64,000 nucleotides of DNA, from positions 8,246,001 to 8,310,000 of the forward strand of contig CATNEN010000038.1 in the NCBI GenBank assembly GCA_950097015.1, given 5' to 3'. Below the pieces are notes generated by a model. The model worked only from the letters and a program-made list of their open reading frames with translations, was not told where the DNA came from and did not search any database. This stretch comes from Macrostomum hystrix. Its lineage: Eukaryota > Animalia > Platyhelminthes. This document shows, one piece after another, positions 26,090 through 38,850 of the stretch; position 1 is the first letter of the stretch; the number at the start of each line of letters is the position of its first letter. Made by a program: the position numbers and the translations under genes.

Positions 26090-26280
26090 GGACTTGGGGA
26101 CGCCACACCCACCTTCAATTATCCTAGCTAATGCTGGTACCCATTTAACAGTTGGGTGAACTGAAGCAATGCAGAGTTAAGTGTTTTGCTAAAAGGACAC
26201 AGATTGTTCCAGTGGAGTCAGGAATCGAACCCCCGACCTTTAAGTCGTGAAACCGATGCTCTAAACACAAGGCTACAACC
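26090..26280 (-). mobile_element. tRNA-derived SINE with CORE-like central domain
   Basis: Minus strand: A-box-like TAGCCTTGTGTTTAG, B-box GGTTCGATTCC, then TGTGTCCTTTTAGCAAAACACTTAACTC...TTCACCCAACTGTTAAATGGGTACC. A second copy lies at ~63300-63455. Confidence 0.7.
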
Positions 26281-26697
26281 TCTAGCTATGGCTTTCAAGC
26301 TAGCAAATTATAATTAGCAATAATAGGCCGATAGGAAACAAAAAATTACGAATAAATTGTAAATACACTGTATCAAATCCATTGTATTGATCCTGGTAAC
26401 TCTTTCTGAAAGAGTCAGTCATTGAAATGGTATCTAACAGAATTAATTGATTTATATTATACTAGCTTTTTTGCCCGTTGTTTTTGGGGCAGAAATTTAA
26501 AGCAAAGCAGTAAGCAATTCACGTCTCTGTATTAACTTTATAGTGAAGGTCACCATTTATTTATTTACTGCATTAATGAAAAGTGAAGAGTTTGTTTAAG
26601 GGCGTTTTAAGTAAAAAATAAGTGAAAAGTTTGTCCAAACAGCCCCCTCTTGGTTACTTCTTTAGAAACATGTCTCTTAGCCACTCCTCTATACAGT

Positions 26698-26974
26698 CAG
26701 TGGCAGATCCAGGAATTTTGTTTTGGGGCGGTCTGTCAGGGGAGCGCCATGAGAATCACAGAGGGGGTGCCAGCGGCCGAAAAAGGGCGCCAGGAGCCAA
26801 GAAAGGGCGCCAGCGGCTGAAAAACGGGAGCCAGCGGCTGAAAAAGGGGCGCCAGCGGCCGAAAAGGGGCGCCAGTGCTGCGACTGGCGCCCCTGGTGGG
26901 GGCATCTTATTCCCATGATTAAAATTTTTGGGGGGGGGCGACTGCCCCCCGCCCCCCCCCTAAATCTGCCTCTG
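26698..26974. mobile_element. hAT-type MITE nested in Helitron unit 26462-28958
   Basis: TIR CAGTGGCAGAT/ATCTGCCTCTG; 8-bp TSD TATACAGT at 26690-26697 and 26975-26982. Confidence 0.85.
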
Positions 26975-27126
26975 TATACAGTATGCATGTACACGCGTAT
27001 ACATAAGGAAAATAGCCATGGCATAACAATAACAATGTCAAAGAAACAAAATTAAACTGTTTCAGAGTTCAGAGTTAGACAGGTCAAGGTCAATTCGTGA
27101 CTACTTTTCTATTAATTGCTTGCGAG

Positions 27127-27790
27127 TCACCTCAAGGCCTGGGGATACACCACATTCTTCGTTCTTCCCCTTGGTGCGAAAATGAATAGGCCAGCTGGAG
27201 TTCCAACACGGGAGCAGGCGACATAAAGCTGCCCATGCGAGAAGCAAGGAGTCTCCAGGTTGATGCCAGCCACCTTCAGCGACTGTCCCTGAGCCTTGTT
27301 AATAGTCATCGCAAAGCACACTCTCACAGGGAACTGCAGTCGCTTGAACTGAAATGGCAGGTCCGTGGGGATAATTGGAATCCGGGGAACGAACACAGAC
27401 TCTCCTCTGCCAGATCCAGTCATTATCGTGGCCTCAATCACGTGTGGGAAGAGCCGCCTGACTATCAGTCTGGTGCCGTTACACAGCCTTGGCGCATTCA
27501 GGTTGCGGAGGAGCATAATTGGTGCCCCAACTTTCAGCTGCAAGTTGTGCGATGGAGTTCCAGGAGGATCTAGAGAGTTCAGAAACTCAACAGGATACTC
27601 CACAGCGGTGTCATCAGTCAACGTTGTATCAATTGACTTGTAGGTGAAAACTGCATCTGGCAACTCCTGAAGCAGTTGGTAGTTAATTTCGTTGGCGGCA
27701 TCATTTCTAGGACACAGAATTGCCCTCTCTGACAGCCAGTCAACGTCAGCATATCGAACCATCAGGTTCGGGTAAACTTTTGCCTTGAGC
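27127..27790 (-). pseudogene. Helitron PIF1-like helicase C-terminal fragment (copy 1)
   Basis: RAILCPRN, PIMLLRNL, LCNGTRL, FAMTINKAQGQS, FSHGQLYVACSR. No Rep domain or Walker A. Confidence 0.9.
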
Positions 27791-29195
27791 TTTTTTGACG
27801 ATTTTTGAGCAGTTTTTTGCACTTTTGAGCAGGAAGGAAATGATTTTTCGGGAATTTGAGTAGCCTATTGCACTCAGCGTAGGTGGTTTTAGGAATGTGC
27901 AAAGTTTGGTGCGATTTGGTTGAGCGGTTTCGGCGTCTATAAAGACAAAAGACAGACACTGGGACGCCACCGCACTCACCGCAGTCTCAGTGCTGCTTGG
28001 GGGCCAGTAGACAGTCTAGGGGTTTGGGCTGTGTACATTCACGGCTTGAAATACAATGTACAGTCTGGGGCTTCGGCGCCCGGGGAAGGGAGGGGAGTGG
28101 CTGTATTAAAATTTGGCCCGCAGAGTGGCGGAGGGGAGTTGGGGTAGCTGTCCTCGGAAAACAAAAAGTGACTCACTTTGAGATGATGCAGCTTTGCTCT
28201 GGATTGAGTAGAGATGTTCAAAATTGACAGCATTGTTGTAAAACATGTAAAGTGTAAGTGGATCAAATTTGGAGAAAATCTGACAAAGTGGGGCGACGAT
28301 TTGTCGAATTGAGTGATTTTTTGACGATTTTTGAGCAGTTTTTTGCACTTTTGAGCAGGAAGGAAATGATTTTTCGGGAATTTGAGTAGCCTATTGCACT
28401 CAGCGTAGGTGGTTTTAGGTATGTGCAAAGTTTGGTGCGATTTGGTTGAGCGGTTTCGGCGTCTATAAAGACAAAAGGTTGCACACACACACACACAGAC
28501 AGAGTTTTCACACGCACGCACTCAGTCTCAGTGCTGCTTGGGGGCCAGTAGACAGTCTAGGGGTTTGGGCTGTGTACATTCACGGCTTGAAATACAATGT
28601 ACAGTCTGGGGCTTCGGCGCCCGGGGAAGGGAGGGGGTGGCTGTATTAAAATTTGGCCCGCAGAGTGGCGGAGGGGAGTTGGGGTGGCTGTCCTCGGAAA
28701 ACAAAAAGTGACTCACTTTGAGATGATGCAGCTTTGCTCTGGATTGAGTAGAGATGTTCAAAATTGACAGCATTGTTGTAAAACATGTAAAGTGTAAGTG
28801 GATCAAATTTGGAGAAAATCTGACAAAGTGGGGCGACGATTTGTCGAATTGAGTGATTTTTTGACGATTTTTGAGCAGTTTTTTGCACTTTTGAGCAGGA
28901 AGGAAATGATTTTCCTCAAATGATTGACAGACAGAGTTTTCACTTTTATATATATGGAGTAGCTTTTTTTGCCCGTTGTTTTTGGGGCAGAAATTTAAAG
29001 CAAAGCAGTAAGCAATTCACGTCTCTGTATTAACTTTATAGTGAAGGTCACCATTTATTTATTTACTGCATTAATGAAAAGTGAAGAGTTTGTTTAAGGG
29101 CGTTTTAAGTAAAAAATAAGTGAAAAGTTTGTCCAAACAGCCCCCTCTTGATTACTTCTTTAGAAACATGTCTCTTAGCCACTCCTCTATACAGT

Positions 29196-29388
29196 CAGTG
29201 GCAGATCCAGGAATTTTGTTTTGGGGCGGTCTGTCAGGGGAGCGCCATGAGAATCACAGAGGGGGTGCCAGCGACCGAAAAGGGGCGCCAGTGCTGCGAC
29301 TGGCACCCCTGGTGGGGGCATCTTATTCCCATGATTAAAATTTTGGGGGGGGGCGACTGCCCCCCGCCCCCCCCTAAATCTGCCTCTG
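29196..29388. mobile_element. hAT-type MITE copy 2 (internally deleted)
   Basis: Same TIRs and TATACAGT TSD; ~84 bp shorter. Confidence 0.85.
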
Positions 29389-29539
29389 TATACAGTATGC
29401 ATGTACACGCGTATACATAAGGAAAATAGCCATGGCATAACAATAACAATGTCAAAGAACAAAATTAAACTGTTTCAGAGTTCAGAGTTAGACAGGTCAA
29501 GGTCAATTCGTGACTACTTTTCTATTAATTGCTTGCGAG

Positions 29540-30500
29540 TCACCTCAAGGCCTGGGGATACACCACATTCTTCGTTCTTCCCCTTGGTGCGAAAATGAAT
29601 AGGCCAGCTGGAGTTCCAACACGGGAGCAGGCGACATAAAGCTGCCCATGCGAGAAGCAAGGAGTCTCCAGGTTGATGCCAGCCACCTTCAGCGACTGTC
29701 CCTGAGCCTTGTTAATAGTCATCGCAAAGCACACTCTCACAGGGAACTGCAGTCGCTTGAACTGAAATGGCAGGTCCGTGGGGATAATTGGAATCCGGGG
29801 AACGAACACAGACTCTCCTCTGCCAGATCCAGTCATTATCATGGCCTCAATCACGTGTGGGAAGAGCCGCCTGACTATCAGTCTGGTGCCGTTACACAGC
29901 CTTGGCGCATTCAGGTTGCGGAGGAGCATAATTGGTGCCCCAACTTTCAGCTGCAAGTTGTGCGATGGAGTTCCAGGAGGATCTAGAGAGTTCAGAAACT
30001 CAACAGGATACTCCACAGCGGTGTCATCAGTCAACGTTGTATCAATTGACTTGTAGGTGAAAACTGCACCTGGCAACTCCTGAAGCAGTTGGTAGTTAAT
30101 TTCGTTGGCGGCATCATTTCTAGGACACAGAATTGCCCTCTCTGACAGCCAGTCAACGTCAGCATATCGAACCATCAGGTTCGGGTAAACTTTTGCCCTG
30201 AGCTCCTGCACTGACTGCACAATGGTTCCGATTGTAGCGATCGATGACTGCCCATCCTCGGTGCTAATCTCCAGCAGACCATTGCCGATTCGCAATAGAT
30301 TGGCAGAGAACTCATGAGCTGTTTCGTCTCCTTGAATTGTAGCTCTCATGTTTGTTCGTAGGTGCAACTTCACAACCGATGGCCACAGGTGAGATGATTT
30401 TAGGCAAGCATTAATCTCATCAGCAGGAGTGCCATGCGGAATCACAGGCAGCGTCTGTCTAAAGTCTCCAGACAGCAGCAGAGTGACACCACCCATCAGT
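29540..30500 (-). pseudogene. Helitron PIF1-like helicase C-terminal fragment (copy 2)
   Basis: GGVTLLLSGDFRQTLPV...LRIGNG...FAMTINKAQGQS...HGQLYVACSR. N-terminal half absent. Confidence 0.9.
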
Positions 30501-31402
30501 TGATCGCCAGCCTCTCTCTTTCTTCCCTCTATCCCAGGCTGGCTGGAGAAAAATATCGACCGGAGAGCCCTGCGCACTGGGACGCCACCGCACTCACCGC
30601 ACTCAGTCTCAGTGCTGCTTGGGGGCCAGTAGACAGTCTAGGGGTTTGGGCTGTGTACATTCACGGCTTGAAATACAATGTACAGTCTGGGGCTTCGGCG
30701 CCCGGGGAAGGGAGGGGGTGGCTGTAATAAAATTTGGCCCGCAGAGTGGCGGAGGGGAGTTGGGGTGGCTGTCCTCGGAAAACAAAAAGTGACTCACTTT
30801 GAGATGATGCAGCTTTGCTCTGGATTGAGTAGAGATGTTCAAAATTGACAGCATTGTTGTAAAACATGTAAAGTGTAAGTGGATCAAATTTGGAGAAAAT
30901 CTGACAAAGTGGGGCGACGATTTGTCGAATTGAGTGATTTTTTGACGATTTTTGAGCAGTTTTTTGCACTTTTGAGCAGGAAGGAAATGATTTTTCGGGA
31001 ATTTGAGTAGCCTATTGCACTCAGCGTAGGTGGTTTTAGGTATGTGCAAAGTTTGGTGCGATTTAGTTGAGCGGTTTCGGCGTCTATAAAGACAAAAGGT
31101 TGCACACACACACACACACACACACACAGACAGACAGACAGAGTTTTCACTTTTATATATATAGACTAGCTTTTTTTGCCCGTTGTTTTTGGGGCAGAAA
31201 TTTAAAGCAAAGCAGTAAGCAATTCACGTCTCTGTATTAACTTTATAGTGAAGGTCACCATTTATTTATTTACTGCATTAATGAAAAGTGAAGAGTTTGT
31301 TTAAGGGCGTTTTAAGTAAAAAATATGTGAAAAGTTTGTCCAAACAGCCCCCTCTTGATTACTTCTTTAGAAACATGTCTCTTAGCCACTCCTCTATACA
31401 GT

Positions 31403-31678
31403 CAGTGGCAGATCTAGGAATTTTGTTTTGGGGCGGTCTGTCAGGGGAGCGCCATGAGAATCACAGAGGGGGTGCCAGCGGCCGAAAAAGGGCGCCAGGA
31501 GCCAAGAAAGGGCGCCAGCAGCTGAAAAACGGGAGCCAGCGGCTGAAAAAGGGGCGCCAGCGGCCGAAAAGGGGCGCCAGTGCTGCGACTGGCGCCCCTG
31601 GTGGGGGCATCTTATTCCCATGATTAAAATTTTGGGGGGGGGCGACTGCCCCCCGCCCCCCCCCTAAATCTGCCTCTG
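31403..31678. mobile_element. hAT-type MITE copy 3
   Basis: Same TIRs and TATACAGT TSD. Confidence 0.85.
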
Positions 31679-31830
31679 TATACAGTATGCATGTACACGC
31701 GTATACATAAGGAAAATAGCCAAGGCATAACAATAACAATGTCAAAGAAACAAAATTAAACAGTTTCAGAGTTCAGAGTTAGACAGGTCAAGGTCAATTC
31801 GTGACTACTTTTCTATTAATTGCTTGCGAG

Positions 31831-32800
31831 TCACCTCAAGGCCTGGGGATACACCACATTCTTCGTTCTTCCCCTTGGTGCGAAAATGAATAGGCCAGCT
31901 GGAGTTCCAACACGGGAGCAGGCGACATAAAGCTGCCCATGCGAGAAGCAAGGAGTCTCCAGGTTGATGCCAGCCACCTTCAGCGACTGTCCCTGAGCCT
32001 TGTTAATAGTCATCGCAAAGCACACTCTCACAGGGAACTGCAGTCGCTTGAACTGAAATGGCAGGTCCGTGGGGATAATTGGAATCCGGGGAACGAACAC
32101 AGACTCTCCTCTGCCAGATCCAGTCATTATCGTGGCCTCAATCACGTGTGGGAAGAGCCGCCTGACTATCAGTCTGGTGCCGTTACACAGCCTTGGCGCA
32201 TTCAGGTTGCGGAGGAGCATAATTGGTGCCCCAACTTTCAGCTGCAAGTTGTGCGATGGAGTTCCAGGAGGATCTAGAGAGTTCAGAAACTCAACAGGAT
32301 ACTCCACAGCGGTGTCATCAGTCAACGTTGTATCAATTGACTTGTAGGTGAAAACTGCATCTGGCAACTCCTGAAGCAGTTGGTAGTTAATTTCGTTGGC
32401 GGCATGCCGGCATCATTTCTAGGACACAGAATTGCCCTCTCTGACAGCCAGTCAACGTCAGCATATCGAACCATCAGGTTCGGGTAAACTTTTGCCTTGA
32501 GCTCCTGCACTGACTGCACAATGGTTCCGATTGTAGCGATCGATGACTGCCCATCCTCGGTGCTAATCTCCAGCAGACCATTGCCGATTCGCAATAGATT
32601 GGCAGAGAACTCATGAGCTGTTTCGTCTCCTTGAATTGTAGCTCTCATGTTTGTTCGTAGGTGCAACTTCACAACCGATGGCCACAGGTGAGATGATTTT
32701 AGGCAAGCATTAATCTCATCAGCAGGAGTGCCACGCGGAATCACAGGCAGCGTCTGTCTAAAGTCTCCAGACAGCAGCAGAGTGACACCACCCATCAGTT
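31831..32800 (-). pseudogene. Helitron PIF1-like helicase C-terminal fragment (copy 3, frameshifted)
   Basis: Same sequence as copy 2, with a small palindromic insertion (GGCATGCC) near 32401-32410 causing a frameshift. Confidence 0.9.
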
Positions 32801-34509
32801 GATCGCCAGCCTCTCTCTTTCTTCTATCCCAGGCTGGCTGGAGAGAAATATAGACCGGAGAGCCCTGCGCACTGGGACGCCACCGCACTCACCGCACTCA
32901 GTCTCAGTGCTGCTTGGGGGCCAGTAGACAGTCTAGGGGTTTGGGCTGTGTACATTCACGGCTTGAAATACAATGTACAGTCTGGGGCTTCGGCGCCCGG
33001 GGAAGGGAGGGGGTGGCTGTAATAAAATTTGGCCCGCAGAGTGGCGGAGGGGAGTTGGGGTGGCTGTCCTCGGAAAACAAAAAGTGACTCACTTTGAGAT
33101 GATGCAGCTTTGCTCTGGATTGAGTAGAGATGTTCAAAATTGACAGCATTGTTGGAAAACATGTAAAGTGTAAGTGGATCAAATTTGGAGAAAATCTGAC
33201 AAAGTGGGGCGACGATATGTCGAATTGAGTGATTTTTTGACGATTTTTGAGCAGTTTTTTGCACTTTTGAGCAGGAAGGAAATGATTTTTCAGGAATTTG
33301 AGTAGCCTATTGCACTCAGCGTAGGTGGTTTTAGGTATGTGCAAAGTTTGGTGCGATTTCGTTGAGCGGTTTCGGCGTCTATAAAGACAAAAGGTTGCAC
33401 ACACACACACACACACACAGACAGACAGAGTTTTCACTTTTATATATATAGATTTAAGCATGTAGATTTGTGCCCTATCTAAAGCATTGCATTGGCTTTG
33501 AAAGCTGTGGAGTATGAGTGATTTTATAGTCTTCATTTATCAAGAACTCTAAGTACTTGAGCATATACAATATAATCAAGAATTGCAGCTTACTAGGACT
33601 AAGCTGGTTCAGAGACTCCAACTAATTTACTGCTGACTCTTAAATTAATTGATTACCTGGGACAAAAATCATGATTTTAGGTCACAAAAAATTAAGGCAA
33701 GCAGAAAGTGTTTTCTACTGAAGTACGATAGATTTTTACTATCGGTGTCGCGAAAGCGTGAGTTATTATTATCCAATCCTGTTCTCTGTACACCCTTGTG
33801 GTAATCTATTTTCTTACCCCTGTTATCTGCCAGTTCCGCCCTTCTCTATCTATTATCGATTTTGTCGCTGTCCCTTTCCGCTAACCCCCCTCCAGTCTAG
33901 CGTCTGCCCCCACCGTGTTTTGCTCTCCCTCTGCTCGCGTTATCTATCGTCTTTTAACCCCCCAATTTACATTCACCCCAGGGTTTCATACCCTCATTTG
34001 TCTCTCCTCGCTGTCGACCCCCTTTCTGTCCTAGCATATCAAAATTTATAATATATTGTTTGAGGCCCGAGGTAGAGTGGCGTACGTTCTTCTGGTGCAT
34101 CGGCGCAAATGATTGCCATTTGACTCATAACTCTAACATAGCGAAAGTTCAAATGAAATCAATTTACGAGTATTTACAATCGGATTAAATCCTTGCAACA
34201 TACAGACAGACGCACGACATGTATACGGATGAATGCATAAAAATAAACGTGAATGACCAATATGACTAACAATTTGGTGACTTATGGTACTACTTTTTAA
34301 CGCCTCGGCGAATTTCGTGTTTGAAAGTCATGACTGAGGTTGCTTTTGATCCAGCACCACATTTTTGCACCAGCTGGATTATCGAAGCTGTCAAAGAAAT
34401 GTTGCCTCCATTTGCACTGCTTCAGTTCAGTGTTAGGACGCCAATAACGCACGCTTCTATTTCGTAAACTTCATGGACACGGATTATGTCTACGTTTTCT
34501 CGGTGGAGA

Positions 34510-34712
34510 TTATTATTACTATTATTATTACTATTATTATTACTAATATTATTACTATTATTATTACTATTATTATTACTATTATTATTACTAATATTAT
34601 TACTATTATTATTACTAATATTATTACTATTATTATTACTATTATTATGACTATTATTATTACTAATATTATTACTATTATTATTACTATTATTATTACT
34701 ATTATTATTATT
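34510..34712. repeat. AT-rich microsatellite (ATTATTATTACT)n
   Basis: Direct observation. Confidence 0.95.
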
Positions 34713-35446
34713 GAAATGCGCACGCCGATTGGGGGCTGGCTTAATTCTTTGATTATTTGATGTTGGTACGCTCGTAACTAACAAGGCAGATCGATTCGAT
34801 TTAAAAAAGGCGATAGAAAAAGAGTAGCATGCATAAGATTGATTTTAGGTGAATAAAATATTTGAAATTTGTAAACAAAGGTCCATTAAAACAAAAAATA
34901 AAGATTGAAATTTGAAGAGAAAATTAAAACTGACTGAAATCACTTCGCTCCCGAATGGAGAATAGCTATTTTGTTTTTGCGAGTTACGATCAAATATAAG
35001 AAAACTAAAACTCTAACTATAATCAAGCATTCTAACTATGGGCCTCAGGGCCGTGGCTTTTTTATCTAGCTTTAATTATGCTTTCTATGAATTCCACAAA
35101 AATTTCTGTTAATTCTGTGCTTTCCTGTGTGATTAAAACACCATTTTGTCATCAGCTGTTATGCTTTCGAAATTTCGAACAGTGCCTGCCACTTTCTCTA
35201 TGAATTTATTTCTAACTGGAACATTAACGGACCAATCGCAAAAAATAACGAATAAAAGTAACGACCATTATTATGTTTTAGGTAATCTTACTTTTTTGGT
35301 AACGCGCCTAACACTGATTGCACCTTTGGGAGCTCATATCTGTTCGTAAAAACGAGTATATGAGACTTTTTTCCACAGACAGTTTCACGCAGATGTTTTT
35401 TTGCCGTGGAGTCTTTCCCGCCGTGGGAAATCAGGAAAAGCTCGTC

Positions 35447-35703
35447 AGGAAAAGCTCCTGCGGGAAAACCTTGTGTGGGAAAAGCTCCTGCGGGAAAACC
35501 TTGTTGTGGGAAAAGCTCCTGCGGGAAAACCTTGTGTGGGAAAAGCTCCTGCGGGAAAACCTTGTTGTGGGAAAAGCTCCTGCGGGAAAACCTTGTGTGG
35601 GAAAAGCTCCTGCGGGAAAACCTTGTTGTGGGAAAAGCTCCTGTGGGAAAACCTTGTTGTGGGAAAAGCTCCTGCGGGAAAACCTTGTTGTGGGAAAAGC
35701 TCC
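35447..35703. repeat. ~30/32-bp minisatellite (GGGAAAAGCTCCTGCGGGAAAACCTTGT(TG)T)n
   Basis: About 8 copies. Confidence 0.9.
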
Positions 35704-36079
35704 TTTGACTGCGGCCCATTGCTCCTATAAAGCAGACAACCGATCTTTCCTTAGCCGAGAAGCCAACAAATGCTCCCCTTTAGCAGGAAACCAATGCCCT
35801 TCTTTAGCAGAAAACCTTATGCGCTTTTTTAGCAGAAAACCGTATGCTTCATTAGTAGAGAATCAGCGCTTCCTTTAGCAAGTTTTGTCCCCTTAAGCAG
35901 GCAACCAATGCCCTCTTTAGCAAGGTTTGGCCTCCTTTAGTGAAGAACAATGCACCCCTTTAGCAGACAACCAATGCCTCTCTTTAACAGAGAACGAATG
36001 CCCCCTTTCAAGAAAACAAGATTTTTACTGAGCCCAGCAGTCAACCAATGTCCCACAGCAGTCAATCAAGGCAGTCAAT

Positions 36080-36570
36080 CAAAACCAATGCCCCCTTTAG
36101 CAGAAAACCAATGACCCCTTTAGCAGAAAACCAATGACCCCCTTTAGCAGAAAAACAATGACCCCTTAACAGGTAACCAATGACCCCTTTAACAGGTAAC
36201 CAATGACCTCCTTTAGCAGGTAACCAATGAACCCCTTTAGCAGAAAACCAATGACCCCTTTAGCAGAAAACCAATGACCTCCTTCATCAGGTAACCAATG
36301 ACCCCTTTAGCAGGTAACCAATGAACCCCTTTAGCAGAAAACCAATGACCCCTTTAGCAGGTAACCAATTAACCCCTTTAGCAGAAAGCCAATGAACCCA
36401 TTAGCAGGTAACCAATGAACCCCTATAGCAGAAAACCAATGACCCCTTTAGCAGGTAACCAATGAACTCGTTTAGCAGGTAATCAACGACCTCCTTTAGC
36501 AGGTAATCAATGACCTCCTTTAGCAGGTAATAAATGACCTCGTTTAGCATGTAATCAATGACCTCCATAA
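36080..36570. repeat. ~21-23-bp minisatellite (CAGAAAACCAATGACCCCTTTAG)n
   Basis: About 21 copies, with degenerate copies upstream to ~35730. Confidence 0.9.
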
Positions 36571-36701
36571 CCACTTTCCTAATGCTGAAATGCTGAAACC
36601 TTTTGCATTGAGACAGAACAATGAAATTTGATCAATGTAATGCTTGGACTGAATGAAATGTTTTAAAGAAAATGCGATCAAATTTGGTCAAAGCATTCAA
36701 T

Positions 36702-37341
36702 TGTGACGATTAAAAGGACGAAGACCGAAGTCAGTGGCGGCGACAATTTTAGTTCACGGCAGTCTAGAGTCAGTTCTATGTACTTTATTATCTGGGTGCA
36801 CTGGGACGTACGACAAGCAGAGAGGAAAGTAAGGCGCAGGAGCTCAATAGTAGTAACGGTAAGTGATAGTAAGTAAGTTATAGTCAGTGGACAGGCGAAC
36901 AAGTGGACGAGACGAGAAGAAGTCTAGTCAAGCCAAGTATAGAGAAGCCTATAGAGAAGTACAAGGAGTCCAAGGCAGACCCAGGCACAGGCAGACACGG
37001 CAGGACAAGGCAGGTGGGGCGCGAGCGGGCCTAAAAACCTTAGTCAAATAAGCTAGACAGACTGTAAAACAGGGCGATCGATAATTCTCGGGAACAGTCC
37101 CAGCCAATGAGCGTGCAGCCCACTGGACAGGGTAGAATAGCTTGAGACATTAGTAGAAAATAAGCTAGGGCAGCGCGGTGTGCATCCACGCGTCTACTTA
37201 CAGTAGCGCGCACAGAATAATAATTAATTATATGAACTCGATAAATTGAAGGTAGCAAAAAGACATTATTTAAATGGCCCAAGTTATTACATAATTAGGA
37301 ATTCGCAAATTACAATTCACAGTGACAGTGACAACGTCACA
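36702..37341. mobile_element. 640-bp solo LTR
   Basis: 7-bp terminal inverted repeat TGTGACG...CGTCACA; 4-bp TSD CAAT at 36698-36701 and 37342-37345. Confidence 0.75.
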
Positions 37342-37589
37342 CAATCTCTGTTGAACGCGAATCATAAAATAAATAACTACTCATAAATAAACATTGATTA
37401 GAGATTTAGTATAGGTGCAGATGAACTAGCTCCCCTACGCCACCCTCTGTGTGGCCTCCCTTAAGCCCTTATCAGTGCGCTCTTATCAATAAAATTGGCA
37501 TGCTGAAAAATGCATTGGAAAAGCCTATCTTAAACAGTTTTTCGAATATTTAATCCCTTTAGAAATGAAGTTAAGCTTAATAAGAATAC

Positions 37590-37712
37590 GTGTACCGATT
37601 CGGGCACATTCGACATCTTTTGGTGAGAAAACAAAGAAAATAGGTTATGCCGTTCGGGAGATATAGCGTTTACACAAACAAACAATGATTAGACATTTAG
37701 TATAGGTGGATG
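37590..37712 (-). mobile_element. Possible 5' fragment of another non-autonomous Helitron
   Basis: Minus strand ATCCACCTATACTAAATG...GTTTGTTTGTGTAAACGCTATATCTCCCGAACGG resembles Helitron 5' ends. No 3' end found. Confidence 0.3.
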
Positions 37713-37814
37713 GAAGGTATGCTTGATACGCTCGTAGTCACAAAAATCTGGTTCGATTTTTATAAAATATTTCAAAAAATAATTTTTTCGTGGTCACAAA
37801 TTTTCACGCAACTG

Positions 37815-38850
37815 AGGGCCTCTAATACCGGGCGATTGTAATTATAAATGCCTCTGTAATTCAGAGCCTCTGTAGTTGCAGAGAGAATCTGCAGTTGAGA
37901 GCCTCTGTAGTTGAGAGAATCTGCAGTTGAGAGCCTCTGTAGTCGGGAGCCTCTAATACCGGACGATAGCAAATGCCTCTGTAGTTGAGAGCCTCTGTAG
38001 TTAAGAGAATCTGCAGTTGAGAGAATCTGTAGTTGAGAGCTTTAAATACCGAACGATTACAAATGCCTCTGTAGTTGAGAGCCTCTGTAGTTAAGATAAT
38101 CTGCAGTTGAGAGAATCTGTAGTTGAGAGCTTTAAATACCGAACGATTACAAATGCCTCTGTAGTTGAGAGCCTCTGTAGTTAAGAGAATCTGCAGTTGA
38201 GAGCCTCTGTAGTTAAGAGAATCTGTAGTTGAGAGCCTCTGTATTTAAGAGAATCTGTAGTTGAGAGCCTCTGTAGTTAAGAGAATCTGTAGTCAAGAGC
38301 TTCTAATACGGTACGATTGCAAATGCCTCTGTAGTTGAGAGCCTCTGTAGTTAAGAGAATCTGCAGTTGAGAGCCTCTGTAGTTAAGAGAATCTGTAGTT
38401 GAGAGCCTCTGTATTTAAGAGAATCTGTAGTTGAGAGCCTCTGTAGTTAAGAGAATCTGTAGTCAAGAGCTTCTAATACGGTACGATTGCAAATGCCTCT
38501 GTAGTTGAGAGCCTCTGTAGTTAAGAGAATCTGTAGTTGAGAGCCTCTGTAGTTAAGAGAATCTGTAGTTGAGAGCCTCTGTAGTTAAGAGAATCTGTAG
38601 TTGAGAGCCTCTGTAGTTAAGAGAATCTGTAGTTGAGAGCCTCTGTAGTTAAGAGAATCTGTAGTTGAGAGCCTCTGTAGTTAAGAGAATCTGTAGTCGA
38701 GAGCTTCTAATACCGTACGATTGCAAATGCCTCTGTAGTTGAGAGCCTCTGTAGTTCAGAGCCCCAGTAGTTGAGAGAATCTGTAGTTGAAAGCCTTAAA
38801 TACCGTACGATTGTGAATGCCTCTGTATAGTTTAGAGCCTCTAGCAGTTG
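37815..38850. repeat. Composite 16/18-bp minisatellite (CTCTGTAGTTGAGAGC / CTGTAGTTAAGAGAAT) with higher-order repeats
   Basis: Tandem subunits punctuated by a recurring TAATAC(C/G)G(T/A)ACGATT(G/A)CAAATGC spacer. Confidence 0.9.

Larger units (their letters stand above)
26462..33452 (-). mobile_element. Head-to-tail trimer of a non-autonomous Helitron (units 31166-33452, 28959-31165, 26462-28958)
   Basis: 5' end A|TCTATATATATAAAAGTG at 33452. 3' hairpin TGCCC...GGGCA followed by CTAG|T at 26462. Perfect CTAG|TC junction at 31165/31166; mutated CTAC|TCC junction at 28958/28959. Each unit carries a PIF1-helicase C-terminal fragment. Confidence 0.92.

Noticed and set aside
22000-26460. piggyBac TTAA-flanked terminal inverted repeats
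   Set aside because: No matching TTAA-CC...GG-TTAA pair could be identified by eye; element ends are left undefined.
27127-32888. Three host PIF1 helicase genes
   Set aside because: N-terminally truncated, intronless, and enclosed by Helitron termini.
34422-34784. Poly-Asn / poly-Ile ORFs
   Set aside because: Translations of an ATT microsatellite.
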